Source: Octopus sinensis
Lineage: Eukaryota
Reading direction: 5' to 3'
Assembly (NCBI RefSeq): GCF_006345805.1
Contig: NC_043004.1
Span: 15,500,001-15,564,000, forward strand
DNA: 64,000 nucleotides
Shown: piece by piece, positions 41,326 through 56,241 of the stretch
How the letters are laid out: each line of letters starts with the position of its first letter
Numbering within the stretch: position 1 is the first letter of the stretch
Translations under genes and position numbers: made by a program
The notes under the pieces: model-generated
What the model saw: only the letters and a program-made list of their open reading frames with translations
The model's database searches: none
What the model was told of the DNA's origin: nothing

Positions 41326-43393
41326 ACTCTAATAGAAAAATTTGTATTTACAAAAGGACACATGATGTCCATTATAGATTAAGATTTAGAAATAGTAAAT
41401 GTGTACTAATCAGAAGTAAATAATTAAAGGCATTATTAACGGGGAACTTAAGTAATATCCGCGCTGCAATAAAGTGACTACGTAAGATAACAATAAAACA
41501 GGAAATTTATCTGCTACTAGGAAAATAAATATAAATTCCTCTTATAGTTACTTAGGTAGTTATTACGGAATTTTATACTGTCAAGAAATGCATACTACCG
41601 CCATAGCTCATGTACTTAAACTTAAGAAGTAGGGCTCCAAGCTACAAAAGAAAATACGCATTCAACATGTAGTTCAAAAATTAAGAATTAGGAAAATATG
41701 TTTGAACAAGATACCTTTAGAACTAATAATAATTCATTTGGAGACAGGAGACTTTTCAGAAGTTGCTGACGTGTATTTACAGAGTCCTAAAAAAGTACTA
41801 AACTTTATTATGCTCGATATATCTGGTGTGAAACACGCAAAATATAAATGATTTATAGCATTCGCTCTGTTGCACTGAAATTTATAGTTACTGCAGTGAG
41901 GATATTATGTATTGAGAAGTATTCAATGATATAATTACATTCTCAAAAGATTCCTGAAACGGTGTCGTGTGAGTAAGATGGTAGATAAACAATTTCGATA
42001 ATATGATTATTAAAAACACATTCAATACGTAGGATGAAAACATCATCACACTACGTTTGTGTTAAATATATTTTTGAAATAAAACTATGAAAACAGCAAT
42101 CACATTAAGTTTTTTTTTACGTATTTTAAATCATTTCTGCAAAAACGGTAAATGTGGATGACGCTTTAGGAGTACAATGTACAATTTTATTTATGTGTGG
42201 AACTTAATGTGTTTTACAACAGGCATTACTAGAAAAATACGTGAAATTAACCAGATCTATTCCTCGTGTTTGAATCTTGCAACAGACTGCATACGAGCAC
42301 ATCAGTAGCATATGCTATTGTTCTCTCTTCACTTTGAACTTTAATTTATAAGACAGGTATGTTGCACAATGAAGCAGTCTTTAAACATAACATTTTGTAA
42401 TATACTGTTAAGGCTAAATATATTTAAAAATATGATGGATTACAAAATAATGGAGATTAGAAACATCTGTGCTGAGAAGAAATGAAAGTGCATTAGAAGA
42501 CATTTAATACAACTTATATAAATTAAAAATTATACAAGTTATTTTTCTTTCCACATAACAATAATGTTTTCGACAATAATGTTTAGTATTACTAGAAATG
42601 GCAAGTAGAAAATATTGTCTGACGTCATTTCATTATGTTAACTCTCGGGTTACATGCTACTAAAGGCAATCATTATAGATGCGATGCTTTGCAATATGGT
42701 AAATTAATGTCTGTTTTTAAGGAGACGAGGCTTTGATATTTAAGGGCGATGCAAACCGTGTAATAAGGAATGCTTATTCTAACAATTAGATTAGTTTCCG
42801 AACTGAATTAGTAATGTATTCAACCACGAGATGGTTTCTTAGAGGTGCTTATATATTTACCAGACATAGTACATATGCACATATATACAAACACAAGCTT
42901 GTCTATTTGGGTTTTCTTTTCTGCTATAACAAAAAAAAAAACCGACAGAGTAATTGTAACTACATTGTTAAATTGTAACTTTGAACCAATCATCACTTTA
43001 ATTTATCAGCTAAATATTGTACCAATGCGCCCCGTTATTCCTATTCCTTGTACAAGTATATAAGCAATATGTACATACTTATATATTTATATATGAGTAA
43101 GTACGTAAGAGTGTATGTACGAATGTAAATATGTATGAGCTGTTAATCAACTAAAACCGTCGGAAGCAGCACCATCAATATGGAGAGATAATAATGTAAA
43201 TGTCCCTATTAAATTTAATACAACGTGACCTCAAGTTTTCTTGTTTATATTTAATTAGCAATATTTCGCAACATTTCGCACACTATTAACAAAATCACTT
43301 TCATACAGAAAAATAATATAGTCGTGTATATACTTCAGTACAATTCTATACAAATACATTACAACATTTGTTATTTAATATACTCATACTGAA

Positions 43394-43864
43394 GGGCGGC
43401 GAGCTGGCAGTATCGTTAACTCTCTGGACGGAATGTTTAGCGGTATTTCGTTCAGAGTTCAAACTCCGCTGAGGTTGATTTTGCCTTTCATCCTTTCGGG
43501 GTCGATTAAATAAGTACCAGTTATGCATTGGGGTCGATGGAATCGACTTAAACCCTTTGTCTGTCTTTGCTTGTGCCCTCTGTGTTTAGACCCCAGTAGG
43601 CAATAAAGAAATAAATATATTCTTAATGACGGGCGGCGAGCTGGCAGAATCGTTAGCATACCGGGCTAAATTTTTAGCGGTATTTCGTCTGCCGTTACGT
43701 TCAGATTTCAAATCACGCCGAGGTCAACTTTGGTTTTCACCCTTTCGGGGTCGATTAAATAAGCACTAGTTACACACTGCGGTCGATATAATCGAGTTAA
43801 TCACTTTGTCTGTCCTTGTTTGTCCCCACTACGCTTAGCCCCCTTAGAGCAATAAAGAAATAAC
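43394..43864 (+). mobile_element. Two tandem Meta-like SINEs (43394-43613 and 43631-43864)
   Basis: Both have the GGGCGGCGAGCTGGCAG head, the central CCTTTCGGGGTCGATT and a GCAATAAAGAAATAA tail. Confidence 0.92.
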
Positions 43865-44385
43865 AATATTCTTAATGAATTGGTGTATCGTATCCTTTTT
43901 TGGTAAATTTTTATTCGCATGCTGAGTAAACGCTGAGTATAGTTTGTTAAAAATTATAATTTTAGGTAGTCATTATGCGTGATCTATTGCGCCCAGTGTC
44001 TTTAACACATCAAACGGAAATAGGAACCACAGGAATAGAGAGAAGTAGCGATATTGTTTAACGTTCTATTCTGTATCTGTGTTTGTGTCTAATTGTGTGG
44101 CAATGTGAATATATGTGTTCTCGGTGGCATAGAGAATATGTAAAATATCTTTTATTCTACAAAACATTTTCACTGTCTCACCAAGAAAGTTATAACACAA
44201 AAGATTAGAAGAGTAAAAAAAAAGAGAGAAAAAAACAAAGCACTGAGTTTAGTTGTAAAAATATATCTCAGAACTACCAAGCGTCAAAGATTTTAGTCGA
44301 TAAAGTATAAAGTAACAAAGATGTCTACGTCTTCCATCCGTATGCAGACGCACGAATTCACACTTCAAATGTGTGTGTGTGTGTA

Positions 44386-44462
<77 letters not shown>

Positions 44463-44511
44463 TATATGTGTGTATATCTATACACACATACATATATATA
44501 ATATATATATA

Positions 44512-44543
<32 letters not shown>

Positions 44544-45439
44544 CGTATGTAAGCGTATACACATGTATATATATTATATACATATGCGTGTAAGTTGTGT
44601 ATTTTTGTGTGAATACATGTTTATATATATATATATATATATTTAAGTTGTTATATATATTTGAGCATATATACCCATATATATGGATGGATGCATATAT
44701 ATATACATACATATGTATGTATATGTATGTATATGTATATATATAAATACATATAAATACATAAATATGTATGTATACATGTATACAAATGTGTATGTAT
44801 ATATCAATATATATACATATGCACAAATCTATCTATCTATTTATCTATCTACCTGTATTTCTAACTGTTTGTGTGTATGTGCGTGTAAATGTGCGCGCAT
44901 GCGAGTGTGTCTCCGCGTAAGTTTTTGTGTCAGAAATCAAAGATTAAATGATGTTTGTTTATCGTTACGTAAATGTCAGGAGAATATAAGTAAACAATGT
45001 AAAACAAAAAAATATATTTCCAAATAAACAGAAATTTTTACTCACATTAAACAAAAAATTTATAGTATTTATGCTCTAGCATTTCAAGTTTTTTTTTTTA
45101 TGATGTATTTTGTCTGAATTTATTTGAGTGCATATGTGTACGCATATTTGTGCATATAGTTATGTACACACACAAGTTCATACTCACATAGAAATATATA
45201 TCCATGTATATTTTATTCATTTGTACTTATATCTATATACAAATACGTGTTTATAAACATATACACGTATACATCCTCTGTTATAACAAAAATGATGCAC
45301 ACAACTTCATTAAATTTTGCTGTACTAAATCATTGAGATTATTCGCATCTCACGTCATCACCTGATAAGAAAGGAAGAGTACCAGATATAACAGTTATTT
45401 ATCAAACATGAAAATCTGTCGGATGTAAATCTAACCCGA

Positions 45440-45502
<63 letters not shown>

Positions 45503-48500
45503 AATATATGTTTTTATATACATATATATATATACATGTGTGCCTGTGTGGGTGTGGGTGGGTGTCTGTATTTGTGTGTGTATATTATATGAACAAAATC
45601 TGGTCTTAGTACCTCAGAAAAGCTTTTTAACAAAATTACAATACATTCTCCTGTCAACTCACTAAACAAATGCCTGCAAAGTGAGTTAACTAAGAATGGT
45701 TTCACCTACAGCATTTCCGTTAAACACTGAAAGCCTCTGACCAATTAAGAATTCAACAAACAGATCATACAGTCAGAAGTTTGCTGTGCTAATAATTTGC
45801 AATACTTTATTTTCCTGATCCTATCATCATCTCTCCTCAAAACATAGGCCGCGGCAATAGTTACATGAAACGTAGACACCTCATTACTTTCTGAGCTAAC
45901 TGTGCAGTTAGAAATGGACCAAAATATATTTCTTATTCGCTTCCAAGAAGCCATCAACAAGGTTAAATAACTTACCGTTTACTACAATACTGGAAGTATA
46001 TTATTGAGTTACGCTATGAACCTTAATTTCGTAGATTATTTGAGAAAAATTTATATAAGCTGGTATTTGAAGGTCAGCCCAAGATAAACTAGCAGCTGGA
46101 TCAATAGGATACAACTTGAGCTGAAAACAAAAGGATACAATCAAACTTAATGGAAATTAGATTAATGCAACCGTATGGCACCATGCATGTTCTTATGAAC
46201 ATTCTTTCATCAAACAAGAACATAGTACTATATGCCGAAGATGCAACATGCAAAACTCAAATGAAATACTTTAACCCCAGCACAATCATAATATTGCGCA
46301 ATATTATTCACGAAATTATTGCGCAGGAATTAAACTGGTGTAAAATTATACTTTACATATTGCTTATCGACCAGTCTTTCATACTCACTTTCGCTCATGC
46401 CAAAGCGTTTTGACAACTATTTGGGATAACCCTGACTAACTCTTTTTTTTAAATCATAACGTATGAAGAAAAATAAATGAAGTTGCAAAGAGACAGATCA
46501 ATTTTTCTCTGTTTCTTCTTATTCCTAAATTTTTTAACAGATTTTCTAGTGAGCAAGTATTCATCAAATCCCAATCCCTAAATGTTTAATTCTACATTAG
46601 CAGTGATTGAACAACACAAATCCGTCACCACTTAAATGACATTTAAAGAATTAAGAAGACTCCAAACCAGAAGCCATAATCTTTTGATTTCAGTAATATC
46701 TTCTGTAGAAGCAATATTGAAGATTGAGAAAAGTTAGTGCATGGATCAAGAAGTGCTTGTTAAGCTGAAAGGAAAACAAACATGGAATCCTCTGAAGTCC
46801 AGCAAATGTACTGAGGCGTGATCTACAGAGTACTATTTTCGATACTTCATCATATCCATAAGTGACATCTCAAACATAATGAGTAGTAGCAAAATCATTT
46901 TGCAGTTTCAGAAGGTACTCATTGACGGTAGAGAATTCGAGTGTGACGAATCAGCTGTGATCCAATGAGCAAAATATAAGATACTTAAGAAAGAAAAGCT
47001 GAGTTAAGGAACACTGGAAAAGAAAATTCACATACACAGCCACATTCGGTATAATCCGATGTACGACACATTGACGTCAACAATTACAACAGACATGTGT
47101 AACTGAAAGGGGAGAAGCTTGTCCGCACATATTAACTAAAATGTCGATGTTGTGCGCGCCCCAAATTACGTCCTAAGATCATAGGAGTTTCACGCTCTAA
47201 ATTTCAAGATGAATCCTCCTTTGTTTTTCCCCATCTTTGGACATTTTAGAATAACTTGTCCCCTGTATTTGTAAACAAACATGTACATGGTAAACAATAT
47301 GCCAATCGTGATATCTCGTGGATATTTAAGTAGATGCAGGTCGTCAGGACAAATTTCATGCCAAAACATAAAACACTCACTTAATAATAGCGCTATTGCA
47401 ACGAAGAAATTCTAAGCGCTCAATGGTCATAGTAGTACTGACGAACTATATTTTTGTTTCATGGAATTGTCATATGAGATCTTTCAGATACTTACTGTAG
47501 ATTAATATTAAACACTCTTTCGAAAATAAGCACAGGTACACATCATGAAATTAACGATATATAAGAAGCGTTAACAAAATGAAGTAGAAGGCCTTAACTC
47601 ATCTGTAACGTAGATAGATTTAAAGGGACTAAGTGTAACTTCACTGTCAACGCCAGGTTGAATCTAAATAATCGGCTTAAACGAGCCTTTTGAGCAAAGT
47701 TTATGGAGAATGTGTTTATGGCTCTTTCTCTCTCCCCTCTCCCTCTATCTATCTATTAATATATCTAGGTGTGTGTATGTGTAATGAGAGAGAGAAAGAG
47801 TAACATGCATGCGTACATGCATATTACATACACTCAGTATATATATACACTCGTGTATGTATGTGTGAATATTTATACCTATATATGTATATATATTTGT
47901 GTGTGTTCGTTTGTGTGTGTGTTTGTATGCGTGTGTGTGTGTGTGCGTGCATATGTGCGTGTATAGTTGCATGGTGTGTACGAATGTGTTTACAAACGAC
48001 AGGGAGCAGGAGAGCATTAGAGTACTGATATTTGTATAAGCAGCAATGAGCCAATATATTGGGACATGTAATTGAAATATCTGCTAGCACAAAACAACAT
48101 TACATCTCCCTGTTATTTCTTTGTTCATCTTTATTTAAACAAGCCCCTTTTCCCTCTTCTCAAAGATTTCACTTACATTTCGTCGGACATTTACAGCAAA
48201 TCTTTGTTTATGGCTGTTTGTATTTTTAACTTTATATATTCATTTATTTATTACCATATTACGTCGTGTATTTTGTACTTGTTAATTCTTTATTTATTCC
48301 ATTGTATTCTCGAAGTAGATTTCTGTGTCAAACAAAGGTTTCACCGTATTCTACTAATGATATTTTGCTTCAGGGAAGAAAAAATACAATAATGTAAGAA
48401 ATGAATCAACCATTTTCTTTTTATTCCATTTGTGATATAAAGAAATCTATATTATTAGTTGTTACTAAGGCATGTAAACCTATTACTAAGACATGTTAAA

Positions 48501-49369
48501 CTGGCCTGAAATTTTCCCGATCTAACCATGTATATTTACTGAACTTATGTATAGTATTCATGTATTTACTCACTTCATGTGATATGTCACAAAACAAAAC
48601 ATAAATTAGGTTTATTTATATCGACAGAACTCAAACTTGGATAGGTCGTGTCATTAATTTGTCAACATTTATTTATTGCAGTGATAGTTATTATTGATTA
48701 ACATGACCTGTAAAAGAAAAGTTCATTTAAAAAATATATGTTCGTGGATTTTAAATAGAATTATGACATTATTCATCGATAAACAAGAATATTTTTCTTT
48801 GCAATAAAAACAGTAGTTTATGATATCTTACGTAAGTTAAGTGTTAACTTTTAGTGATGTAGTATCATAAGTCATATATCATTGTATGTCATACGTAATA
48901 TATTATATGTCACACAATGTATAATAAGACTCAAAAGCAGTTAGTATCTAATTGCTCTATGCGGAGATAAATAATGAAAACTGGAAAATATATTGCTTTT
49001 CCGATATAATATAAACTGCTCAATCTGTGTCAGGAAATTCGAAGATATTGACGACTTGTTTTTTTGTTTTTTTTTGTATTGTAATCTCTCATATCCAGGG
49101 TTTTTATAATTCATATTTTTCATAATTATTTCACTATAGAAGTAGTAGTTGTATAATTCCAAAAACATAAGACTTAATTGAGATTCACTGAAAATATTTG
49201 TATTCTATCATGTTATATATTCATATCTAATAGATAAACTATTGCATTACTTACCAAGTATGAACATGAAATACAAAATGATGGGACTATTTTCATATTT
49301 AACGTTTGTATGATATATAATTAGTCAACAGAATATTATTGTTAGCTAAATATTAATAGTTTCTAATGT

Positions 49370-49790
49370 AGGCAAAATGCCATAAATTTTGCGAGGGACT
49401 TAAGTGATAAAACGAATAACTGTACTTTACTGGTACTTAATTTTATCAACACCCGAACAGTTAAAGTGAATGTTAATTAATCTAGGTGGAATCTCCACTC
49501 ACAACGTAAACAACCGGACGAAATAGCCCAAGGAATTTTTCCGATGTCCTAACAATTCTGGTACACTATTTCCACCCGGACAATCCGTTAATAATTGTTT
49601 CTACATTAGACACAATAACAAAGGGTATGGTCAGTTAATTACAACGACCCTAATATTTGACTGGTATTGTATTTTATCGATAGCAGTGGGTAGAAAAGCA
49701 AAGTTAATCTGGGCAGGGTTTGAATTGTAAAATTAAGGAAGCAAAACAATTACCGCAGGTATTTTCAGTCACTCAAATCCTTTTGCTAAT
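49370..49790 (-). mobile_element. Two old adjacent Meta-like SINE remnants
   Basis: Each retains ACTGGTA-TT..TTTTATC and GG(A/T)-AT-T..A-T motifs matching the reverse-complemented body. Confidence 0.5.
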
Positions 49791-50853
49791 TTGTTCTCTA
49801 AGATATTAATGATAATAATCTAAAAATATGAACTGGAATTGAACATGAAAAAGTTCTTCCAAATCAAGAAACAATCAAATAAATATATAGTATAAATATT
49901 TACCAGTCGCGTATTTCGAATAATCGTCCTATAACTCAATTTCAGAGTAAATGACTGCAAAAGGGAAAGAGTCTGAGAGATTTTATTTGGAGGTGGACTA
50001 TAAACAACATGCACTGAAGATAAAAAAATTTTTACAATAAAGAAGAAAACGTACAGATATGAAAACCGGTGCGACGAATCAAATTATATTTTCTGAGCTT
50101 AATAATTCTTGAAATGTGTGTTCAAAAATTGTGAACCAACATATGTAGTGAATCAATGCATCCATGCTATCTAAAGTGAAGTTAACTGTTAGGCATTTAC
50201 AATATATCTTATGAAATTATGTTTTCAGGTTATTCTAGGTGACCAAATTTTGCATTCATTTACAGTTGTTCGCTTGAGGGATTTCTGTGAAAAATATATT
50301 TTATCATATTTTCCTAAATGTATTGTTGTATTTCTATTTTTATTATTGCGCACAAAAAGGAGATTGAAAAATATATATCTATTTAAATGTAAATATAAAA
50401 ATAATTAATGAACCCATGGGAAATCAAAGTAGATCTTGCTTTCGATTCTGTTTCAGATATTAATCCAGCTATGAGGATACATCAACACATTTTTCATTGA
50501 TAAAATTGTAAATAATTAGCAAAATGATTATATCATTCGATCGCATCAATCCTGAAATGAATTATATGATTACACGTGGGGTTTTTTTATAGAGTTGATA
50601 TAGGACTTTTTAATATCACCAGAAAACATGGAACAGATAGAAATAGTTTCCATCACAAAGTGACAGTAGACGTTCAGAAGAATATTGCGAAATAATCATA
50701 AACTTAAATTATTCATATTGTTAAAAGTAATCACTTTTTCCCGTAGAAAAATATTTTTATGCTGCATTCCGAAGTCACGTGTCATTATAACAACAACCAT
50801 ACACTTGTACACATATACATGTATGATATATATATATATATATAATATATATA

Positions 50854-50884
<31 letters not shown>

Positions 50885-50885
50885 A

Positions 50886-50925
<40 letters not shown>

Positions 50926-50929
<4 letters not shown>

Positions 50930-51173
50930 ATACTAAGCAATAAAGGGTATAGCAACGAATTGCCCTACCACATACCGAATTTAGAAATAGCAGTCAAAGG
51001 GTTATAGCTATTTCTTCTACTAAAAAGGGAGATCTCAGTAAAAACACCAATTGCTGTTTTTACTGAGATCTCCCTTTTTAGTAGAAGAAATAGCTATAAC
51101 CCTTTGACTGCTATTTCTAATTCGGTATGTGGTAGGGCAATTCGTGCTATACCCTTTATTGCTTAGTATTACT
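50926..51173. repeat. 248-bp near-perfect palindrome: arms 50926-51046 and 51055-51173, 8-nt loop
   Basis: AGTAATACTAAGCAATAAAGGG...CAGTAAAAACA pairs with TGTTTTTACTG...GCTTAGTATTACT. I saw only two 1-nt indels. It starts exactly at the end of a (TA)n tract. Confidence 0.97.
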
Positions 51174-51303
51174 TAAATTTTCCTCGAATGAGGCTTTTAC
51201 ATGCCGAAGACTACTTGGTGTAATTGATAATTATTCCAAATTAATTAATTTCACCCTTCATTATTACGGATATATATATATATATATTATATATATATAT
51301 ATA

Positions 51304-51334
<31 letters not shown>

Positions 51335-52787
51335 CCATAAGCCCAAATTATATATATATATACATATATAATTTTTGCGTTATAAATATGTATATATAAA
51401 TCCTTAACTCCTTAAAAATGTTTCAGCCCGAAGGCCGCGGCCATGCTGGGGCACCACCGTTATTTATTTATTTATAAGGATAATTTCGATATTTAAATAT
51501 CGATCTTACCAAGTGGCCAGCATGTGAATAAATACCATATGAAGGTAATAATTATTTAAAACTATAGATAAGGCTATCTGAGAGATACCAACATGCCGAA
51601 ATAGCAGTTAAGACCTATCTATATATATATAGTTTGGGGTCAACAAGGAGTACAGAAGAACACTTATTTGCAATCACTACAATTATCTCTAACTTATACA
51701 ATTATCCTTTCACACACTATTTAAGCGCCAATGTAGGCATTATAAAAATTGTTGGACAGCACTGGGTGAAATCTGAAGGTTGACGAGATTTATACTGTGC
51801 TCTACTAAGTTGTTAACAGAATAAAAGTTAACTATATATATATATATTGCCTTGGAAGATCAGAGATGAATGCCAACATTGTTGTTGCATGTTTACAATT
51901 TTGTTTTTGTTAGTGTAGGGTTCTTTTACCGCAGTTGAGTGAATCGTATAACGAAACAGCATATTTTTTTTTACATATGTCTGCATTACATTAAAGCGTA
52001 TACGAAACTATAAATGCAAAAGAAAACCACTTAAAACCTTTCGATAAGATATGTCATTTAGTAGACCATACACTTTTCTAAAAATACATTCCTACATTTC
52101 GTCAACAGAGTGTATCTTGTGCCCCTTGGCTATCTACACAGGATATGGAAACCCTTCGGTAATTAAATTTTTATATCACTCTATACACTCATATTAATAT
52201 TGCGAATTCTCCCCGAAGACAAAATTATATTAAACTTTTAGTTTAAACGGTTCTCGATTCAGGTACAGCATTTGCAATTTTGTGTTATCGATATCTAACG
52301 ACATAAGTAATATCGACGTCGATAAATTTCGAATGTAGAACGTAAAATACCAAATCACCAGCATCGATCATTTCTAGCTCGTACGCTACGCACCCAGCAT
52401 CTCTCACGAATTGATCCATGATTATACAATGCTTTAAAGAGGTATAGTTGCAATTATATAGATATTATAGCGATCAGATACACTCCAGCCGTTCCAATAC
52501 AATGTTTTATTTGTTGTATGTATATATATATATACAAATTTTGATGTTGCACAGGATTTGTAATAATTCTAAATTGCTGGACATTTTATTGCTTTCCTTC
52601 TGTATTTAAAAACTTTATGTATGTTTCTTCATTGACTAAAAATTGGGGATTTGAGTATATATCTATTTATCTATGTATCTCTCTCTATATATATTGATAC
52701 AAATTATATACACACATGTACACACGCACAAGTATACCTATGTATAAATATGTATAGGTTTATACATATACCTATGTATAAACATAA

Positions 52788-52962
52788 GCGCAGGAGTAGC
52801 TGTGTGGTAAGTAGCTTGCTTACCAACCACATGGTTCCAGGTTCAATCCCACCGCGTGGTACCTTGGGCAAGTGTCTTCTACTATAGCCTCGGGCCGACC
52901 AAAGCCTTGTGAGTTGATTTGATAGACGGAAAAAGAAGCCCGTCGTATATATGTATATATAT

Positions 52963-52999
<37 letters not shown>

Positions 53000-53170
53000 G
53001 TATGTGTGTGTGTATGTTGTGTATCTGTGTTTGCCCCCAATAACATCACTTGACAACCGATGCTGGTGTGTTTGGTCCCCGTAACTTAGCGGTTAGGCAC
53101 AAGAGACCGATAGAATAAATACTAGGCTTCGAAAGAATAACTCCTGGGATCGATTTGATTCGACTAAAGG
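52788..53170 (+). mobile_element. CORE-like SINE with internal (TA)n(TG)n
   Basis: GCAGGAGTAGCTGTGTGGTAAG...GGTTCAATCCC...ACCTTGGGCAAGTGTC...GAAGCCCGTCGTATAT...GACAACCGATGCTGG...TCGACTAAAGG. Confidence 0.9.
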
Positions 53171-53767
53171 CATACACATTTATATATTTGTGTACGTGTG
53201 TGCGTGATGGTGCGTAGACACGCGTTCATAGAAGCGTGATATTACGAGTGAATGTGAGTAAACTTAAAATGAACAAGTTACATTGTTTTCATTTGTCCAA
53301 TTCGTCGCTTTATAGATTTCGTAATAAAATAACTTATGTTACTTGTTTCATATAAGATATTATTGGCCCGTGTAAATTGTAGTTTTCTCGAGATTTATAC
53401 TTGAATATAAAACAAAACAAAAGCCAAAAGAAAACATATAAAATTTCGATATAGGGTGGGAAAAATTCACTTTCCATATGAGACTGACTCGATGTATCAT
53501 GTGGTTGGAGAGGATAAATAAGCTTTAGGAAAAAGATCAGATTTAATAGATAGATTTGGACAGTAACGAAATAATTACATATTAGAAAATGTAAACAAAG
53601 TCGTCCTGTTAATGTTAATATCTCGATACTGTGAGTGCAACGAAAGAGACATACATAATTTATGTATACAGGCACAAATTAAAACATATATGTATATGTG
53701 AGTATATACATAGACACGTTTATCTATATAGAGATTTGTGTGCGTGTGTGTGGGGCGTATATGTATG

Positions 53768-53799
<32 letters not shown>

Positions 53800-53800
53800 G

Positions 53801-53895
<95 letters not shown>

Positions 53896-54244
53896 CCCCA
53901 TATATAATTATGTATGAACAAATATATTCAAATATACATAATTACTTGTATCCATACACACCCATATATATTTGTATATGTGTGTATGTATATATATGGA
54001 AATCTCTTAAAACTTTTCAATAAACTGGATAGCCTGTCGGCATCTTTCACTTGCTGTCTTTCAGAATCTTGTTTTCATACACATTCAATTGTGCCTCTTA
54101 TAAAATTACAACAATAACTCAGTAGGGACTTGATTTCAATAGAAAATGAACTACGCTTAAAATCTCGATATCACGCAAGTAACTGTGTTGAATGCCGATT
54201 TCATTTTAATGAAATATCCCTAATCTTAATATATTGAAATTTAC

Positions 54245-54445
54245 AAAGGCAGTGAGCTGGCAGGATCGTTAACACGCTGGGTAACACCCTTAGCGTCATT
54301 CATTATGTTCTGAGTTCAAATTCTATGAAAGTCGACTTTGCCTTTCATCAGGATGGAATTGATGAAATAGGTAGCAGTTGAGCACTGAGGTTGATGTAAT
54401 CGACTTATCTTTCTGTTGAAATTGCTGCCAAAATTTCTAATCAAT
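54245..54445 (+). mobile_element. Old Meta-like SINE
   Basis: AAAGGCAGTGAGCTGGCAG...GTTCTGAGTTCAAATT...GTCGACTTTGCCTTTCATC...GATGTAATCGACT. Confidence 0.8.
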
Positions 54446-56091
54446 ACATAGATATTTTCACAGAAAACACAGTTACCATATTATTTTAAAAGGTTATGAC
54501 CAAGATTGACAACAGTTGACTACCTCAATAAAACAAAATGCAACAATAAGACATAGCTTAATGCAAAAACAAACTGGAAAACACTTCCGACTCTGGTTAA
54601 GATATTTTTTGCTACTTTAACAGAGCGGACATTGATAAAACTTAGATTGCTCTTGCAAACCCTTTTAATCTCTCAGTGGACGCAGAAAACATATCACTCA
54701 CACCTTCACTTATTTACAGTTCAGATATGTACAATATATGTTCAATGACAAAATATATCGTTGGTTCAATGACAAAATATAAAACAACATAAGCTAGGCA
54801 TTTACGTGGCTAACACACACGTGTGCGCACACATACACACACTTATACACGCATACACACACATGTATATGATGATGATGAATGGGGGAAATAGAACATG
54901 GAATTCGCTAGACTGTTTATTCATTACAACGATCGTTTCGCCCCATCTTGCATCAATGCCTTGCGAGTGGAATAATATACTACCTGTTGTATTATTTCAG
55001 AAGTAACAAGAGAGTTAGCAACACAACCAGACCTAAAACATGGGCGAAAACAACGGCCAGTAAATACAATGATACAACAAACTACAGGAAATGCATATGA
55101 AGGGATAAGAAAAATGTCTCTTGCAGAACGAATCGCAGTGTATTATAAAAGTGCAGCCTGAACATATGACGAGGTCTGTATGTGTAAATATGTTTATCAG
55201 CTGATATTTTCAAAAATCGCTATCGAAACCACATCGCCAGCTTTATATATTCATCGCCATGAATTTGTACGTGATGACAGGATATTTTATGCAAATACAT
55301 CAAACAGCCCCCTGTCACTCCAGCCCCGTCATAACCGACTGTAACCGACTGTAAAATGGTGGCACAACGCTACAGCAGATACAATTTGTTCGCCTCTAAT
55401 AAGAGCACCATAGATGTTTATGAGCATATTCAACATCTTAACAGCGTGACCATGGGTATTGATGTCAACGTGGTCACCTGTGTATATGCGTATGTGCGTG
55501 TATATATGTGCTGATGTATGCATGTCTATACTTATCTATCTTCATTTTATCTTTTGTTATTTTACTCTGTCATGTATCCACTTTTATCCATATCTATACC
55601 CATTTACTGGTTATAATCCGGAAATTGTATTCTTGGCCAGTCATCATAACCAACAACCTAGTGGATTCAAAAACATGCTGTATAGTCGAACAAAGCGAAA
55701 CCGAGTATCATGAATGGGGCACAGTCTTTAAAACAAGACAGTTGACGAGATGCATCTGCACCGGTGCTTGCAATACAACCAGCTCTATCCTCCCCGCAAG
55801 GGAGGAATGCAAGATGGTTCCAAATGATCGTTGTGATGAATGAATATCCTCGCAAATTCCATTTTCCGTATCCTCGTTCATTATAAACTCAACGAACACT
55901 CTGGAATTCCTTAGGTAGATACGGTGACATATATCAAAACTGCCGATGACATCAGGTACCCTGAAGAGTGAAAATGCTTTAATCGGCATACTACTAGTTG
56001 TACACCCAAAGTCTATATATATATAAACACACATTACGGAGATGTATTTGCATTGCAAGTGACCCGATCTGTGATCGTGTGCTGGAAAGAA

Positions 56092-56241
56092 AACAATTGC
56101 AGCGGGAAAAGTGTTTATAATCCATTTAAGAAACACACAAAAACCGTTAGATTCACTTCAACATTGACATTTAATAAGTGAATCTAACGGTTTTTGTATG
56201 TTCCTTAAATGGCTTCTAAACACATTTCACGCGGCAATTGT

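Noticed and set aside
55708-56136. 142-aa minus-strand ORF
   Set aside because: It crosses a short (TA)n run and an inverted-repeat arm, and has no recognisable domain.
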